Source of the DNA: Lophium mytilinum
Taxonomy: Eukaryota
Assembly (NCBI GenBank): GCA_010093605.1
Contig: MU004189.1
Span: forward strand, 1,929,834 to 1,993,833
Direction of reading: 5' to 3'
DNA length: 64,000 nucleotides
The position numbers and the translations under genes were made by a program. This document shows positions 13,287 to 26,303 of this stretch, one piece after another. The notes beneath the pieces were generated by a model. That model searched no databases, had not been told where the DNA came from, and saw only the letters and a list, made by a program, of their open reading frames with translations. Position 1 is the first letter of the stretch. Each line of letters starts with the position of its first letter.

Positions 13287-13658
13287 GTCCTCTAGCGTCA
13301 TGACTCCAGCTGTCTGTATAGCGCCACCCCGGGGAGACACTCTATGGCGAGATGTGTCTATCTTACAAGAGGCACATTTTGAAAAGAAGATGACAATTGA
13401 AGATATCATTGCGGGCGGGCTACTTAAGGGTATTCGGCAGATGAGATTAGGGAGCTTGCAACCCAACGGGGCCTCGATCCTAATCATCCGTCATTGCCTA
13501 CGGGGCGGAACTGGACACTATGGGAGGACAGTAGGCTACTTGGATCAGGCGCAGTGCCTGGCAGAACAAAAAGGGCATGTAAGGACCGATCGATCCAAAG
13601 TGTCTTAATGAGTTTTTGGAACGCCATATATATGGCAGGTGAGCACCTAGTAAACTGG

Positions 13659-13913
13659 CACGCGGGGGACACAAAAAGCCGTACACCAAAACCGCTTATC
13701 CTTTTCAGAACACAATTACACCCCAACGCTCTGAAGGAATAGCATCTTCAAAGACAACAATAATAATCTTTAGAAGTAGCTCTATCCGTTAGTCCAAGTT
13801 TTGTACACTTATACTAAGTAGTGGTGGCTAAAGACTGCTTTGCGTTAAGGTGTATTTCGCTGACCTAAGCGATTTTGGTGGTTTGGTGTACGGCTTTTTT
13901 TGTCCCCCGCGTG
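13659..13913. mobile_element. 255-bp non-autonomous TIR DNA transposon (MITE) with CAC...GTG ends and a 5-bp TSD (ACTGG); Transib-like terminal signature
   Basis: Left TIR CACGCGGGGGACACAAAAAGCCGTACACCAAA matches the reverse complement of the right end at 31/32 positions; ACTGG lies at 13654-13658 and 13914-13918; the interior is non-coding and TA-rich. Confidence 0.88.
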
Positions 13914-14134
13914 ACTGGCTAGAGCAGCTTAGATAGTGCCACAGGGGTTTCGTAGATCGAAAACATCCTGGCACTTACACTTCCCCAACAACGTACACTT
14001 GTAAAGTAAGAAATGCTGGACACAACAAATTATCATTCTTCTTCAGCATTACTCCCCACATGACCTATCTACACAGAATCCAGAGTCCCCCAAAACGTCG
14101 TCCACCGCCGCGCTTACCCAATTGTATCACCGCT

Positions 14135-17100
14135 CTAGGTCGCGACATACGTCCCGCTCGAGATGCGTCGCACGCTCTGCACCTCCTTCCACACAGCCGC
14201 CGGGCTGGCTGGCGCCGCGCTCTCGTCTGCGAACGGGTCCGCTTCTACTTCCGTCTTGCCTTCGGTGTCCAGCTGGCTGACACTCAACCCACTGCCCATC
14301 GCTGCAGCGTGCTCGCCGCTAATCTCCCATCGCGCCTCTACGTTGCCAGGCTTCGCCTCTCCATCCGTGAAGAAGCGCGCGCGGATCTGATGTGCGGGTT
14401 GGTCAGGTGATAGCGTAACGTCGCCTAGTCGCCAGTAGATGAGTGCCTTGTCGCGGGAGAAAGTTCCGACGGGTTTAGATTGGCAGTGGGTTGTCTTGAC
14501 ACCGGGCTCGAGGCGCATGACTAGGACCACGTTGTGCAGGGTAATGCTGGAGGACGACCCGAGTGGGAAGGCTGGGTTGAGAGAATAGCTCAAAAGCGCT
14601 GATGTATGCGCTGTCTCCACTTTCCAAGCCGGGGAAAGCATTAGTGGAGCAAAGGTTGCCAGATTGGCGCTGTCGAGATGAACCTGGTAATGAAACGCCA
14701 CAGACGTCTTGGTGATCCTGGCCAGGTCGACGCTGTAATTGCCGGGACTATCGGCGACTTGCTCGATGAAGGCTGGATTCGGTGCTACTTTTTCGAGTAC
14801 TGGGAAGTTTTCCAACCGAATGCTCTCGGTGCCAAAGGGGCTGGACAGATCGAGTGGATTAAATGCCAGTGCAACTTGACCGATGACCATGGCCTTCGTA
14901 ATAGTGCCTTGCTCAAACCACGTGCTCACAGTCTCTACGAGCGACGAGTTCAATCCTGGGCCGTGCAGGTCTGGGTGTTTAATAGTCATGCTACCGGTGC
15001 TACTAAGAGAGCGGCCTGATCTGATAGACTGCGTATCCGAAGATGCATGGTCTTCTCCAAGGAATCTGTGGCCGAGTTTGAAGGGAGAATGCGGTGGCGC
15101 TATCGCTGTCGCTGTTGGTGGTGATCCTGGCAAAGACGATATGCTGGCGTTAGGTGTGACAATGGGCGCAGGGGCCGGCGCGGACGTTGGAACGGGAGGC
15201 GAAGCAACAGCGGGGATTGGCATAGGCGGAACAGAGCTTTCCCCAATGCTGGTGAGCTCCGGAGTCGGGGGGTTTGGAATGAAGATTGTGTTCCTAACAT
15301 CCCTACGGCCCCTTACCGTTCCGGTTTTCCTCGCTGGAATAGCTTGCTGTTTACTGTTAGTCGAGTCCGATAGATCGTGCTTCGATGGTCCTGACTCACA
15401 GCACGAAGAGTGTTGGCGACGTTGGCTAACGCTGCGTCCGCGTCGCCGTCCTCCTCTTGTATAGGGGCATTCCGTATGTCGACTTTGAATTGTGGAGTGC
15501 TGGCTTCATTCGCCCTGTAACGGTTATTAATACGCTGTTGTGGAATGTGCAGTCATTAACTAACAATTGAGCATCGTGCTCAGCCTGAGAGATTGCGTCT
15601 AATGTAGTTGGCGGTAATGAATACCCTTCTTCGTCCTTCTGGGGCTGTAACACTGATTAGCATGTTACTCTCTGGGCCGCGCTCCAGTGGAATTACCTCA
15701 GGTTGAACGGCGGAGCTGGTCATGGGCTGCAAAGGTTCCTGCAACTCTGGTATAGACTCGGGAGGGTTTCCGTTCGAAAAGCCAGCCGAGCTAGAGGGAG
15801 GATCATTGGCTAGATCAGGCGTTGTCCCATTTGGCTTATCGCTACTAGATCGTCGCGTCTGTACCGGGGAGCTCGAACCATCTGATGGACGCGGATTCGA
15901 CATATTTGTGGACAACCTTCGCAAGGGCGATGAAGGTCGCTCTGGTAGTGGCTGTGAACCTTCTTTGGCTTTACCCCTGTGTCCGAACAATGAACTGGTT
16001 CCAAGATTCGATGAAGACTTCCTCTCTGGAGAAAGACTACGGCCATAGGGATGATTGCTCTGTCTTCGGCGCCCTAGAACAGTACCAAATCTCTTGAGAC
16101 TACTTAAACCCCCGTGCTTCGCCTCTTGGACTAGCCGTATGATTAGCTGAGTGGTGGATGCACCGAGAGTTAAAAGCTGTTACCTGAGCCACTTCTTTGG
16201 CTTGACCCATCGTCTGTTTGAATAGATGGTGTCATGGGCGGAGGAGGGGGAGCGAGGTTTCTTGATGGGGAAGAAAAATTGCTCGTTTGTCGCGGAGTCT
16301 TTGGCTTCCCGCCTTGTGTTCTCAATGCATACGTCTTGATCTCGTCTGCCGTTTCGACATTTAGCAACACATTCAGTGTTTCCTCCGCGCTGACCCTGTT
16401 GCGTTCCACCTGGTCGACCTCATGGGTCTGAAACTGGGTAAGGACATCCCGCAGATGGTTGAGCCGGCTCTCATCCACAGCTTGTAGTTTCTCAAAGACG
16501 TATGGCGCTTGCGAGTCCCATTGGGAGGTGGCGTTCTCAACCTCAGTAATCGCATTGGCCACTTTGCCTGCCGGAGCCTTTGCGCCCTTGTCCCTCAGCC
16601 TTTCCGACTTCTTCCGCGCATTTTCGATTTCCTTCGCCATGGCTGACAGGTTACCGGAGATGTTCGACATGGCCTGCATTTCGCGATTGCTCGAGGCAAA
16701 TTCTCGGAGGGGGCGTTCGACATCGGCTTCAATCTTCTGCGCGAGCTGGTGGTGTGAGTCGGCGAGAGCTTCGGCGGACCCGACAATCTTCTGCCATGGT
16801 GTTGAGAAAATGCTGGGACAACAAGTCAGCGAGGCGTGGGGAGCGTAGTGGAAGCAACTGACCCGAGATCGGAGGAATCATCGGGAGGGTGTTTGTTCGC
16901 GAGCTTCCGCAGGCCTTGGACATAGAGCTCCTCCACCCGGCGTCGTTCCTATTGAAGCTTTAAGCGCCGACCGTCTAACACGGGCACGGGAAGCCACCCA
17001 CCTGAAGCCAATCCGCGATGTCGGAGTTCAGCTTGCTGACATTGCGGATCCGGTCGTGTAGTACATTCACTGCTTGGGCGGGCTGGAGGGACTCCTGCAA

Positions 17101-17183
17101 GGGCTGTGAGCGCATTCAACATAGAGGGTCATCGTGGGGTGACGTACCAGCATGGCCGGGTATTCTTTGCGCTGGAGATCCAT
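14135..17183 (-). CDS. SYP1: Muniscin/FCHo endocytic adaptor (F-BAR N-terminus, Pro/Ser-rich linker, C-terminal mu-homology domain)
   Basis: Multi-exon: MDLQRKEYPAML / ..LNSDIADWLQ / ERRRVEELYVQGLRKLA.. / WDSQAPYVFEKLQAVDESRLNHLRDVLTQFQTHEVD; muHD GLNSSLVETVSTWFE..IRLENFPVLEKVAPNP..CQSKPVGTFS..IYWRLGD. Confidence 0.88.
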
Positions 17184-17608
17184 GATGAGAGCTCGGAGGG
17201 GCACGCGGCCAGGACAGACGTGGGCAGAGACAGTCACATAGGAGGAGAGCTTGTGCAGGAGAGCTGCAGAGCTGTCGCGGCGACTTCGCTGTCGGTCGTT
17301 ACGGCGATGCGCTTGGGCGTTTTAGTCACCACGCGGCCGAGGCTGGCACGGCTGGCTAGGGCTGACGTAGGAGACAGCAACACCAGAGAGCCTGGGGATC
17401 CCGTGCGAGGAGGAGTTGGGATGGGATGGCGACGGCGAGGCAAAGGGGCAATGGAGACGACTGGCCTGCTGCAAGGGGGATCGATGGCCCTCCGTGGACT
17501 GTTTTAATTCGGCTGCGGCGTCGCGGGAGCCGTTTAACACATCTGGCCAAGAACGGAACCCTGCGGAAGCCCTATCCCTCTTCTCCACGGCAGTCTGTCC
17601 GTCGTCTT

Positions 17609-17628
17609 GTAGCTAGCTAGCTAGCTAC
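17609..17628. repeat. Perfect 20-bp palindromic (AGCT)n microsatellite 8 nt upstream of the kinase ATG
   Basis: GTAGCTAGCTAGCTAGCTAC is its own reverse complement. Confidence 0.9.
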
Positions 17629-17636
17629 CTATCACC

Positions 17637-19295
17637 ATGTCCTCGCCAGATTGGCGCTCGACCGTGGGCTTCTCCGACAGGCTCGCCGCGGTCGTAAAAA
17701 TGTAGGCAGTGCACACGTCTCTTTTACATGATTCAAAGAGATTCAATTCAACACAAGTGCCTTTCTTCACTAAAGTACCATGTGTTTTGTCGTCAAATTG
17801 TTATGGCTGTGTTTACTGCGCACCAGCATGTGCTTTCTGTGTTCCTTTGATTGTCTCTCCACTGTCCCTGCCGCTCTCCTTCCCTTCAACAATGCGGCCT
17901 GTCAACTATGTGCCAATCAAGTCGTTTCTGACGTGTCTCGATTTGATAGAAGCTCTGCATACCGGACGCTGGATCCTGCCATTACGCCACTGGACGCCCG
18001 CCGAGATGCTACGACCCGGGAAACCGAAGCTTTCGACGCAGCGACATCCTTGGTGAGCGTCTAGCCATACTCATGGAGCAATCACACAGAGGCCCGACGT
18101 TCTAACATGACCCAAGGCTGTGTACCATTCGCGATGCGCAGAAACAGTCCACGAGCTTCTCTCAAAAGCTAAGCAGGGCCTTACCAACGAGGTACCGCAT
18201 TATCGTGTACCATCAATGCAATTCCACTCACTCACGGCCGTCAGGAGTCTAAAAGCGCGGATCAACCCTTGTCTCCAGTAGGCATTGAGATTGGAAAGTA
18301 CAAGAATGCCACTCACTACCAAGACGGTCTATTCTCAGCCGTGTACAAAGCTGCGTCTCCGGATAATAATGGCGTGTCTGGGCGTATAGTGGCTCTTAAG
18401 GTGACAGAGCCATCAGCCATGACCCCTCCTCATGATTCTGTTCGAGAGACATACATACTCAGGGAAGCGCAGTCCTCGAACGTACTACCGCTACTAGAGA
18501 CCTTCAAGCAGCCTGGCGGCCGCTTAGTGCTAGTGTTCCCATTCATGCCGTATGATTTCGACCAGGCTCTTCAAAAACGAATGCTGTCAAAAGAGCAAAC
18601 CAGAAGCTGCCTCAAAGACCTGTTTTCAGCTCTTGCTCATGTCCACTCCCAAGGCATCATCCATCGCGATGTGAAGCCTTCAAACATAATGCTCAAGTCA
18701 CTCTCTGGGCCTGCATACCTGGGTGATTTCGGGATTTCCTGGCAGGACAAGGCCCCCGCTTCCGAACCTGCAGACACCAAGATTACTGATGTAGGAACGA
18801 CGTGCTACAGACCTCCGGAATTGCTCTTTGGCAATCGCAAATACGGGAGTAGTCTAGACCTCTGGGCTGCAGGGTGCACAGCGGCTGAGGCCATGAGTTC
18901 AGACCATGAAACCCTGTTCGACGCAGGAGATCTTGGTAGTGAGCTGGCACTCATACAAAGTATCTTCAAGAAACTTGGGACCCCAGACCTGACCGTCTGG
19001 CCGGTATGATCTGCCCCACACATTATTCTGATCAACTACTAAAATGTTATCGTGATAGGAAGCTGAACAGTTCCACGACTGGGGTAAGATGCAATTTTAC
19101 GAGTATGAGCCGCAGCCTTGGTCAAAACTCGTACCTGGAGCTTCGGAGACCGAATTTGACTTGGTCAGCCAACTGGTGAAATACGAGAGTGGGTCGCGGA
19201 TGACTGCAGCACAGGTACGCGTATCCTCGCCAACAACCGCGTCTAAGGCTGACTTCCAATGACAGGCACTTAAACATCCTTACTTCATGGGATGA
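17637..19295 (+). CDS. CMGC Ser/Thr kinase, monomeric CDK-activating kinase (Csk1/Cak1-like)
   Basis: First exon MSSPDWRSTVGFSDRL; VALK, IHRDVKPSN, LGDFG, VGTTCYRPPELLFG, DLWAAGC, SELALIQSIFKKLGTP; degenerate Gly-loop (HYQDGLFSAVYKA) as in Cak1/Csk1; last exon ALKHPYFMG-TGA; several GT-AG introns. Confidence 0.85.
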
Positions 19296-20048
19296 CGGGA
19301 GCAAGACGCGAGTGAAAACTGTAATTAGAAAGTCGCATTAATCTTGCGGTATATATCAGCATGTGGTATCGGGAAGTGCCGTTAGAATGGACCCTTCTTT
19401 TCTCCACAGTTTCGAACCCTGGGATTTCTCAAGAGAAGATATGGTCCCCTGCTTTTAGACTAGGAGCGGACTTGAAAAGAAAACTGAAACCGAAATGTTG
19501 CTATGTTAGTCTACTCATAAACATCCATAAGCTTTACCACGGAGCTTCTAGATGTCTACTTGAAGGCGACTACACCGATTTTGAAGAGTACGTCTGTTGT
19601 TGAAGTTCTTCCGAGGTCTTGCACCACATTGCAAAGCTGAGGTTCCAGCCCTGTATATACTTATTAGTTGATTGATCCATCGAAGCGGTGACACCTACCC
19701 TAGAGAAAGTTAATTATGGACGGCACGGCTTGGTGCATTTTCCCCTTCCGCGACCTCATTGGCCCCCTGCGTGACCATTGAACGACGCCACAACGCTATG
19801 ACCCTGGGGCCAACAACACCTGCAAGGTTTCCATGTCAAAAGTGCAGCTGTCACAACAATTGCTCCAAACGATAACACCCCACGTCCTCCCTGTCTTACC
19901 CTTCGCCCCGAGAGACCAAGATTCAGAGTACATCGCATGTCTCGGTCTGCCAGGTAGCAGCTCGAGCGAACGGCTGCATTCACCGAACCTACCACCCTCA
20001 AATAACGCCCTCGAACCCCGCACCTCCTCCACAGCCTCGTCCGACACA

Positions 20049-21469
20049 ATGGCCTTCTTCTTCAGGAACAAGCAGAAGAGCTCGATAGAGTTGACGAGGT
20101 CAACGCGGGAGCTGGTGCTAAGGCTGGCGACGGAAGAGAAACCGAATCCCAAGGTGGGACTCCTGGCCGAAAGCTAGGAATGCGGGCTAATGTGAGACTG
20201 CAGACAGAGGAGGAGCTCGCTCGAAATCTGGCACAGATGAAGATAATGATCCAAGGCACGCCCGGTACCATACACAATATTTCATCATATCTGCCATTTA
20301 TTGCACTCCCCCTCATATTCCCAATCCCTTGCCCCGCTTACCCTTCGACGTACGCTAACAAACGCAGAGGCGGAAGTCAGCCCGGAAGTCCAAGAAGCCC
20401 TCGTTCGAGAAATCGAAAGTCAAGATCTCATAATTCTGCTGGCGGACAACATCTACAAGTTCCCCTTCGAGTCCCGGAAGGATACCCAAGTCATCTTCTC
20501 CACCGCCTTCCGATACAAGCCCCCCGGAGCCAACGCCCCTGAGCCCCCAGTTCTCCATAACGTCATAAGATACCGGCCCGAGGTCATAATATCACTGTGC
20601 AAAGGGTATGATCGGAGGGAAAGCGCAATGCCGTGCGGGGGCGTTCTCCGAGAGGCTCTCAAGTTCGATGCAATTGCTGCCCTCATACTTTACGACGAGC
20701 CTACTCCGGATGGAAAGGTCCGAGAGCTGAGCACTATAGACCCTGGTGTTCCGTCGACAGGACAAGGCATTTTTTGGAGGTTTTTCGATTGGATAGACAA
20801 AGGGGCATTCGAAGTCAGCGCGGATGCATTCAATACCTTCCGGGTAGGTTCCTTCGCCATTTCGACATTGGATCGCACAATTTCCACGCTAATCCGGTAT
20901 CCATTGCTAGGAAATTCTTACCAGGCACAAATCGTTGATTTCTAATTTCCTGCAAGTTAACTTCACCCTATTCTTCGAAAAGTACAACGACGTACTTGTC
21001 CAATCAGAAAGCTACGTCACCAAACGTCAATCTATCAAGTTGCTCGGCGAGATACTGCTCGATCGCTCCAACTACAATGTTATGACGACCTACGTCGACT
21101 CAGGAGACCATCTGAAAATCATCATGAAGCTCTTGCGAGACGATAGGCGAATGATCAACTACGAGGGCTTTCATGTTTTCAAGGTTTGTTTCTCCCTGAG
21201 ATATATTAAGACCTCTACCTTCTGGCAAACTTCCCCGGCCATGATTCCGCCTGCTTACACTCCCATAGGTCTTTGTAGCCAACCCGAACAAATCAGTTGC
21301 GGTCCAGCGCATCCTGATCAGCAATCGCGACAAGCTCCTACGCTTCCTCCCTACCTTTCTCGAAGATAGGACGGAAGACGATCAGTTCACCGACGAGAAG
21401 AGTTTTTTGATCCGGCAAATCGAGCTCATGCCCTCGGCTCCCGTACCCACTGCAGGGCAAGCATCGTAG
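20049..21469 (+). CDS. HYM1: Mo25-family scaffold of the RAM/MOR network (HymA/Hym1)
   Basis: FESRKDTQVIF, FEVSADAFNTFR, SESYVTKRQSIKLLGEILLDRSNY, INYEGFHVFK/VFVANP, DDQFTDEKSFLIRQI across canonical introns. Confidence 0.95.
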
Positions 21470-22331
21470 GATAACTGCTGGCGGCGGGCAATGGCTTACG
21501 CGTCTGCAGATCGGTTCCTTACGTGCCTTTTGCAATTCCCTTTACTCTCGAGGCATAGAAGCGATACTTTTCATTGAGCATGGTTTGGCGTTTCGGAAAT
21601 CATTGATACGGTGAGAGGCTTCCGCATGTTTGGGTTCAGGCGCTAGTGTTGGATCGGTGCGGCATGTTCTATGTTTTATATGCAGTACTGGGAGTTTCAT
21701 AGTATTCACGGGGCCTAGGGCTCAGTCAGCACCTTACTACGCCACTAAAAATTCAGCCCTCACTATTGTGAAACTGATCATTACGAGCGGAAAAAGCACT
21801 GGCATCGACAACATCTAACAAACAAGCAAAACAAGAGAATCAATCATCACGTGAAAGTGCGATTCATAATTTAGGATTTGACGATATGCATGGGTGACGT
21901 GCAGGAAAGCGGGAGATTGTCATTGCCATGGCTCGGGATACACAAACCCAGAATCTGCAGGGCTAGCGGCTAGCAGTCTATTTGGAGTGCTAAAGGTCTT
22001 CCTAAAATAGCTATAAAAGTTCTTATAGCTGGCTCCAAGTTGTTGAATAACAGAGTTGTGAGGGGTCTTATGCACGCGCCAAGCAATCTCAGAATACCAG
22101 CTCCGGTTTCACGAGCACCTCGACTCCATCAACAGATCTTGTCGCAAACCACCTCAACTACGCGCCCCAACATGCGACCAGCTGCCTCGACGCCCGTCCA
22201 TGCCAATTCACTCCCGTAGCCTCGCCACTCCGCCGAAGTCGCGTCCTGCTGCCCGCGCCGTTGCTTGCCGTGCTCGATAGCTTCGCTGCTATATACACAG
22301 TACTAACCGGCAATTCTAATAGATCAGGCAG

Positions 22332-24696
22332 ATGTCATCCTACCCTCCTCCTCCCCAGGCCGAAGACACGCACTACGCGCCAATATATCCGGCGGCGCCG
22401 AGCTCCCAGCTGGAAAATGGTCACCAGGCGCAGATGCACTACAATTCCCAGCTCAACCAGAACATCTTCCCCAAGATCGAATCATTGAGCGATGTCCTTC
22501 AACAGCAAGCCAATCAAGCCAATCACGCCTTGACGGACCAGCGAAACATAGCCCAGAATGCAGCAGACGCGCACAATTCGAAGCCCAACAGGTTGCGCAA
22601 GGCATGCGATTCATGCAGCATCCGGAAAGTGAAGGTATGTCAGCTTTCCCCCCACACCATATTGCGAAAAGCCGCCGGAGCTATAGCACAAGTTATCTCT
22701 CCTCTCTATAGAGTAAATGCTGATGTGGCTGGCAGTGTGATGAATCTGGACCGCCATGTAAAGCTTGCGCAGCTCTGGAGATCCCTTGCACATTCGATCG
22801 ACCAAGCCGGAGGAGAGGTCCCCCCAATCGTCACGCCGAAGCAATAAAGAAGAGGCGCTTGGAGGGAGGAGGGTCGGAACACCTTTCGGGACCGTCGACG
22901 CCCTCGTCTCCCACAAATGCCGCCCACGCGTTGGCTCAGCTGTCTTCTCATCCACCCCACCTGTCAGCCGAGTCCATCTGCTCGCTCCCCACGGTTCATG
23001 CCTTGATAGATGACTTCTTCACTTACATCCATCCGCTCTGCCCGTTTCCACACGAGCCGTCGTTTCGAGAAGCCTGGGGACGGCGAGAGGACTACACGAA
23101 TCCAGCGTTTTTGGCGTTGCTGGCTTCAATGATCGCAGTCCTGGTAGCTTCCTTCCCACGGAAACCGCGATTACATCTCAAAACCCAAACGAAGGACCAC
23201 TTCCCCACCCATTTGACGCTCGTGGACAAGTGTCGGGAAGTATGTGCCCAGGCGCGGGGACCTGGATACTTGGATCGTCCTGGCCTAAGCGTCTACGACG
23301 CGTGCACCAGCTACTTCCTCGCATTGACGGGAGCGTATACCTTTCAGTGGAGGCCGTGTCGTCTTTACTTTGGAGAGTGTCTCACCATTCTTCGGTCGCT
23401 GGGGCTTCATAAAGCTAAAGGACCAGGGCAATCGGAGTTGGGGGCCCTTCCAGCAGTTCTAGGAGCGAATGGACAGAGTCCTGAGGGATCAAGAGATGAA
23501 TCGGTTGATAAGATCACAGAGCAGATGGGTCGAAGAATCTTCTGGACTATGTTTGTGGGCGTACGGTGAGAGCTCTCACGAACTTCTAATTTATAGAACC
23601 TTTACTAACATGACTACCTACTTCAGGACCATGCAGCAGTTTGGAGCTTCCTTTGGTGAGCTGACCATTCTACCACAAACCCCTAGTGAGGTACTTCCTC
23701 CCTTGCCCGCAGAGGTAGACGACCAATACATCTTCCCGGCCTACATATCACCACAACCGGAAGGCATCCCGTCGCTAATGACTGGATTCACCGCAAACGT
23801 GCGTATCTACAATTCGTATTCCGTCCTTTCGACCATGGAGATGGCCTTTGGTATGGGCGAGATATTCGACTGGGAACGACAGAAACGGATTATCGATCAC
23901 TCGTTGCAGACTTGCAAGCAAGCGCTAGAAGGAATACCCGATGTTCTACGAGTCTTAGCAAAAGACACCAAAGACGGGCGATTCGGTCAACGAAAACAGC
24001 CTTACTATCCCCCGATGCCGGAATACCTGAGCGCTAGAGATCGCGCGCTCATAGAATTCGACCACGAGGGGTCGGCTGAGGGAAGACGCACAATGCAGTT
24101 TGAGATCCAGAAGGCCAACATTTACGTTAGTCATCTGGCTACTCGGTCATACCTCGTAGAGAAGTACTTTGTCTACTTGGAGAACTCCCGCAAGCCGAGG
24201 AGCCAATTCAATTCGCCGGGCGTTCTGGCGTCGGGGTTCGATAGCCTGATGCCTGCTCCTACGGGGGAATATGATGCTCTAGAGCAAGACATGGCATCAG
24301 AGCGCGAGAGCGTCATCAAGGATTTGTTGCTAGTGCTTGGAAGCATTGATCTGGTCAATATGGAACCTAATGCGGATAGTTTCGTACGTGTTTCCCCAAC
24401 CATCCCCTTTCAGCTAAGCCTCCATTTGCTAATTCTGAATCTAGACGCAAAAGATCCGCCAGATCGCCTCAACGCTTCTTGACGTACCAAAAGATCGAAA
24501 AGGCTCCATTGCGCTTCAACACGAGGAGTATCTGTACAAATTCCTCGACGTTCTCAGTAAGCTAGAGCGTGTTGGGCCCCAGAGCGCAGACCCAAATCAG
24601 GGAGGGGACGATGAGACAGAGCTCAGGCATTGGGCGGACTTGAGGGAGTATCAATTGAAATTTCAGGAGCAAGGGGGTATTTACGGGTTCCAATAG
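22332..24696 (+). CDS. Zn(II)2Cys6 transcription factor with fungal-specific middle-homology region
   Basis: RKACDSCSIRKVK / CDESGPPCKACAALEIPCTF after intron removal; IDDFFTYIHPLCPFPHEPSF; EQMGRRIFWTMF; TAG at 24694-24696; start codon slightly uncertain. Confidence 0.88.
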
Positions 24697-25173
24697 CATG
24701 ACAGGAAAGGGGCACGGTGTACGATTTGATCTTAAAGGAATGAGGCGAACGATTGGGATGAGATTAGGCTGGCTCTGGCGTTAGCTTGGGATATGTCTTG
24801 ATACTGCTCTAAGCTGGCATGATATGGGGGAAACACCTGTAGGTCACAGCTTCGGAGCTTTGCGAGCACTCTAGTTGCTGCTGCACATTGGGAGAAATGT
24901 TCGGAGCAACCAGAGAGATGCTTTCCAATCACAACAAAATATGGTTTAGATCTTTGAACTGTCTAACTATACGTAATTTGCGTCCTGTTTCCAAAACGTA
25001 TGAATAATAACACAGTAAGTCCTGGAAGTGCTCTAAAGTGTCAATGAGACGGGAGTCGGGAAAGATCACGTGCCGTCGGTCATTCTATTCTCCATGCGGC
25101 TCTGCTCCTCCGAACCTCTCCTCAAGCGCGACGAACGACACCCCATTGCTACTCACCCTACACACCCTTCACG

Positions 25174-25879
25174 ATGGCGAAAAAAGCCCTCGCCAAAGAC
25201 CAGATTGTCAAGCTCATCGTGGGTGCAGGGCAAGCGTCGCCCTCGCCGCCCGTCGGTCCCGCACTAGGAAGTAAAGGTGTGAAGAGCATGGATTTCTGTA
25301 AAGTGTGTTCTCCCAATTTCAATTCATTTCCACTCACTCTGGGCTCGCTGCATATTATTCTCTTCCCCAAAATAATATAACTTCAAACACGATTGTCCAA
25401 CCATCAATTTCGTCGTCTCAACTTCCACCACTTTCTCAGCACTTTAAACTTTCTATTCCTAACACCACCCCTAGGAATTCAACGCCCGCACCGCCCACTA
25501 CACCGTCGGCACCCCGATCCCGGCCCGCGTCACCGTCCGCCCAGACCGCTCCTTCCACTTCGAACTGCGCACGCCGTCCACGGCGACGCTCCTCCTAGCC
25601 GCCGCGGGCGTGATGCCGACGAAAAACAAGATCAAGGGCGCCGGCAACGTGCCCGGGCCGATGAACAACGTGGAAGGCGCGCGGGGGAAGCAGACGTCGG
25701 CGTCGCCGACGGTCGGAAATGCGGTAGTAGGGACAGTAGGGAGCGTAAGCTTGAAGCACATCTTTGAGATTGCGAAGATTAAGCAAAGCGAGACGCGGTT
25801 GAGTGGGATGGGGCTGGAGAGTTTGGCGAAGTGTGTTGTGGCGCAGGCGGCCAGTATTGGGGTTGTGGTTGTGCCGTAG
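25174..25879 (+). CDS. MRPL19: Mitochondrial large-subunit ribosomal protein uL11m
   Basis: [32 protein letters not shown] / [34 protein letters not shown]; one intron at about 25303-25474. Confidence 0.95.
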
Positions 25880-26303
25880 GAGACTAGGGGGTGGGGAAAG
25901 GAAAGCATGGGATGGCGTTTTGTTTTGGGAATACCTGCTGTTCGGCTTGAGCTTTGGAGCGGCAGATGTAAGACCGGGTTGTGTAGATGGGTGTATTATA
26001 TGTACCATGTGTCAATGCGGCTAGAGGGATGAGGACGTCGTCATATATCTCAATGCTTCGTTACGGTGGCAAAGTATCCATTTTATGAGATCATTTTTGT
26101 GTTCACCTCTCGCAAAAGTCGTCATCGGTTTGATTTAGAGCACGACGGCCCTAGGCTACTAAACAAAAGTCGAGTTTGAGTAGACTGGCTTCTGTTCAGA
26201 CATCTTAGAGACGCCAACTTATCCCGATTCCAGGGCTCCATTCCCAGGCTATGTCAATAATATCCCAAGAACGACTGTAAATCGCATAGACTTGCTCCAC
26301 CTC

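Noticed and set aside
26065..26073. Perfect PACE motif GGTGGCAAA
   Set aside because: Located downstream of both flanking genes, so unlikely to be a promoter element
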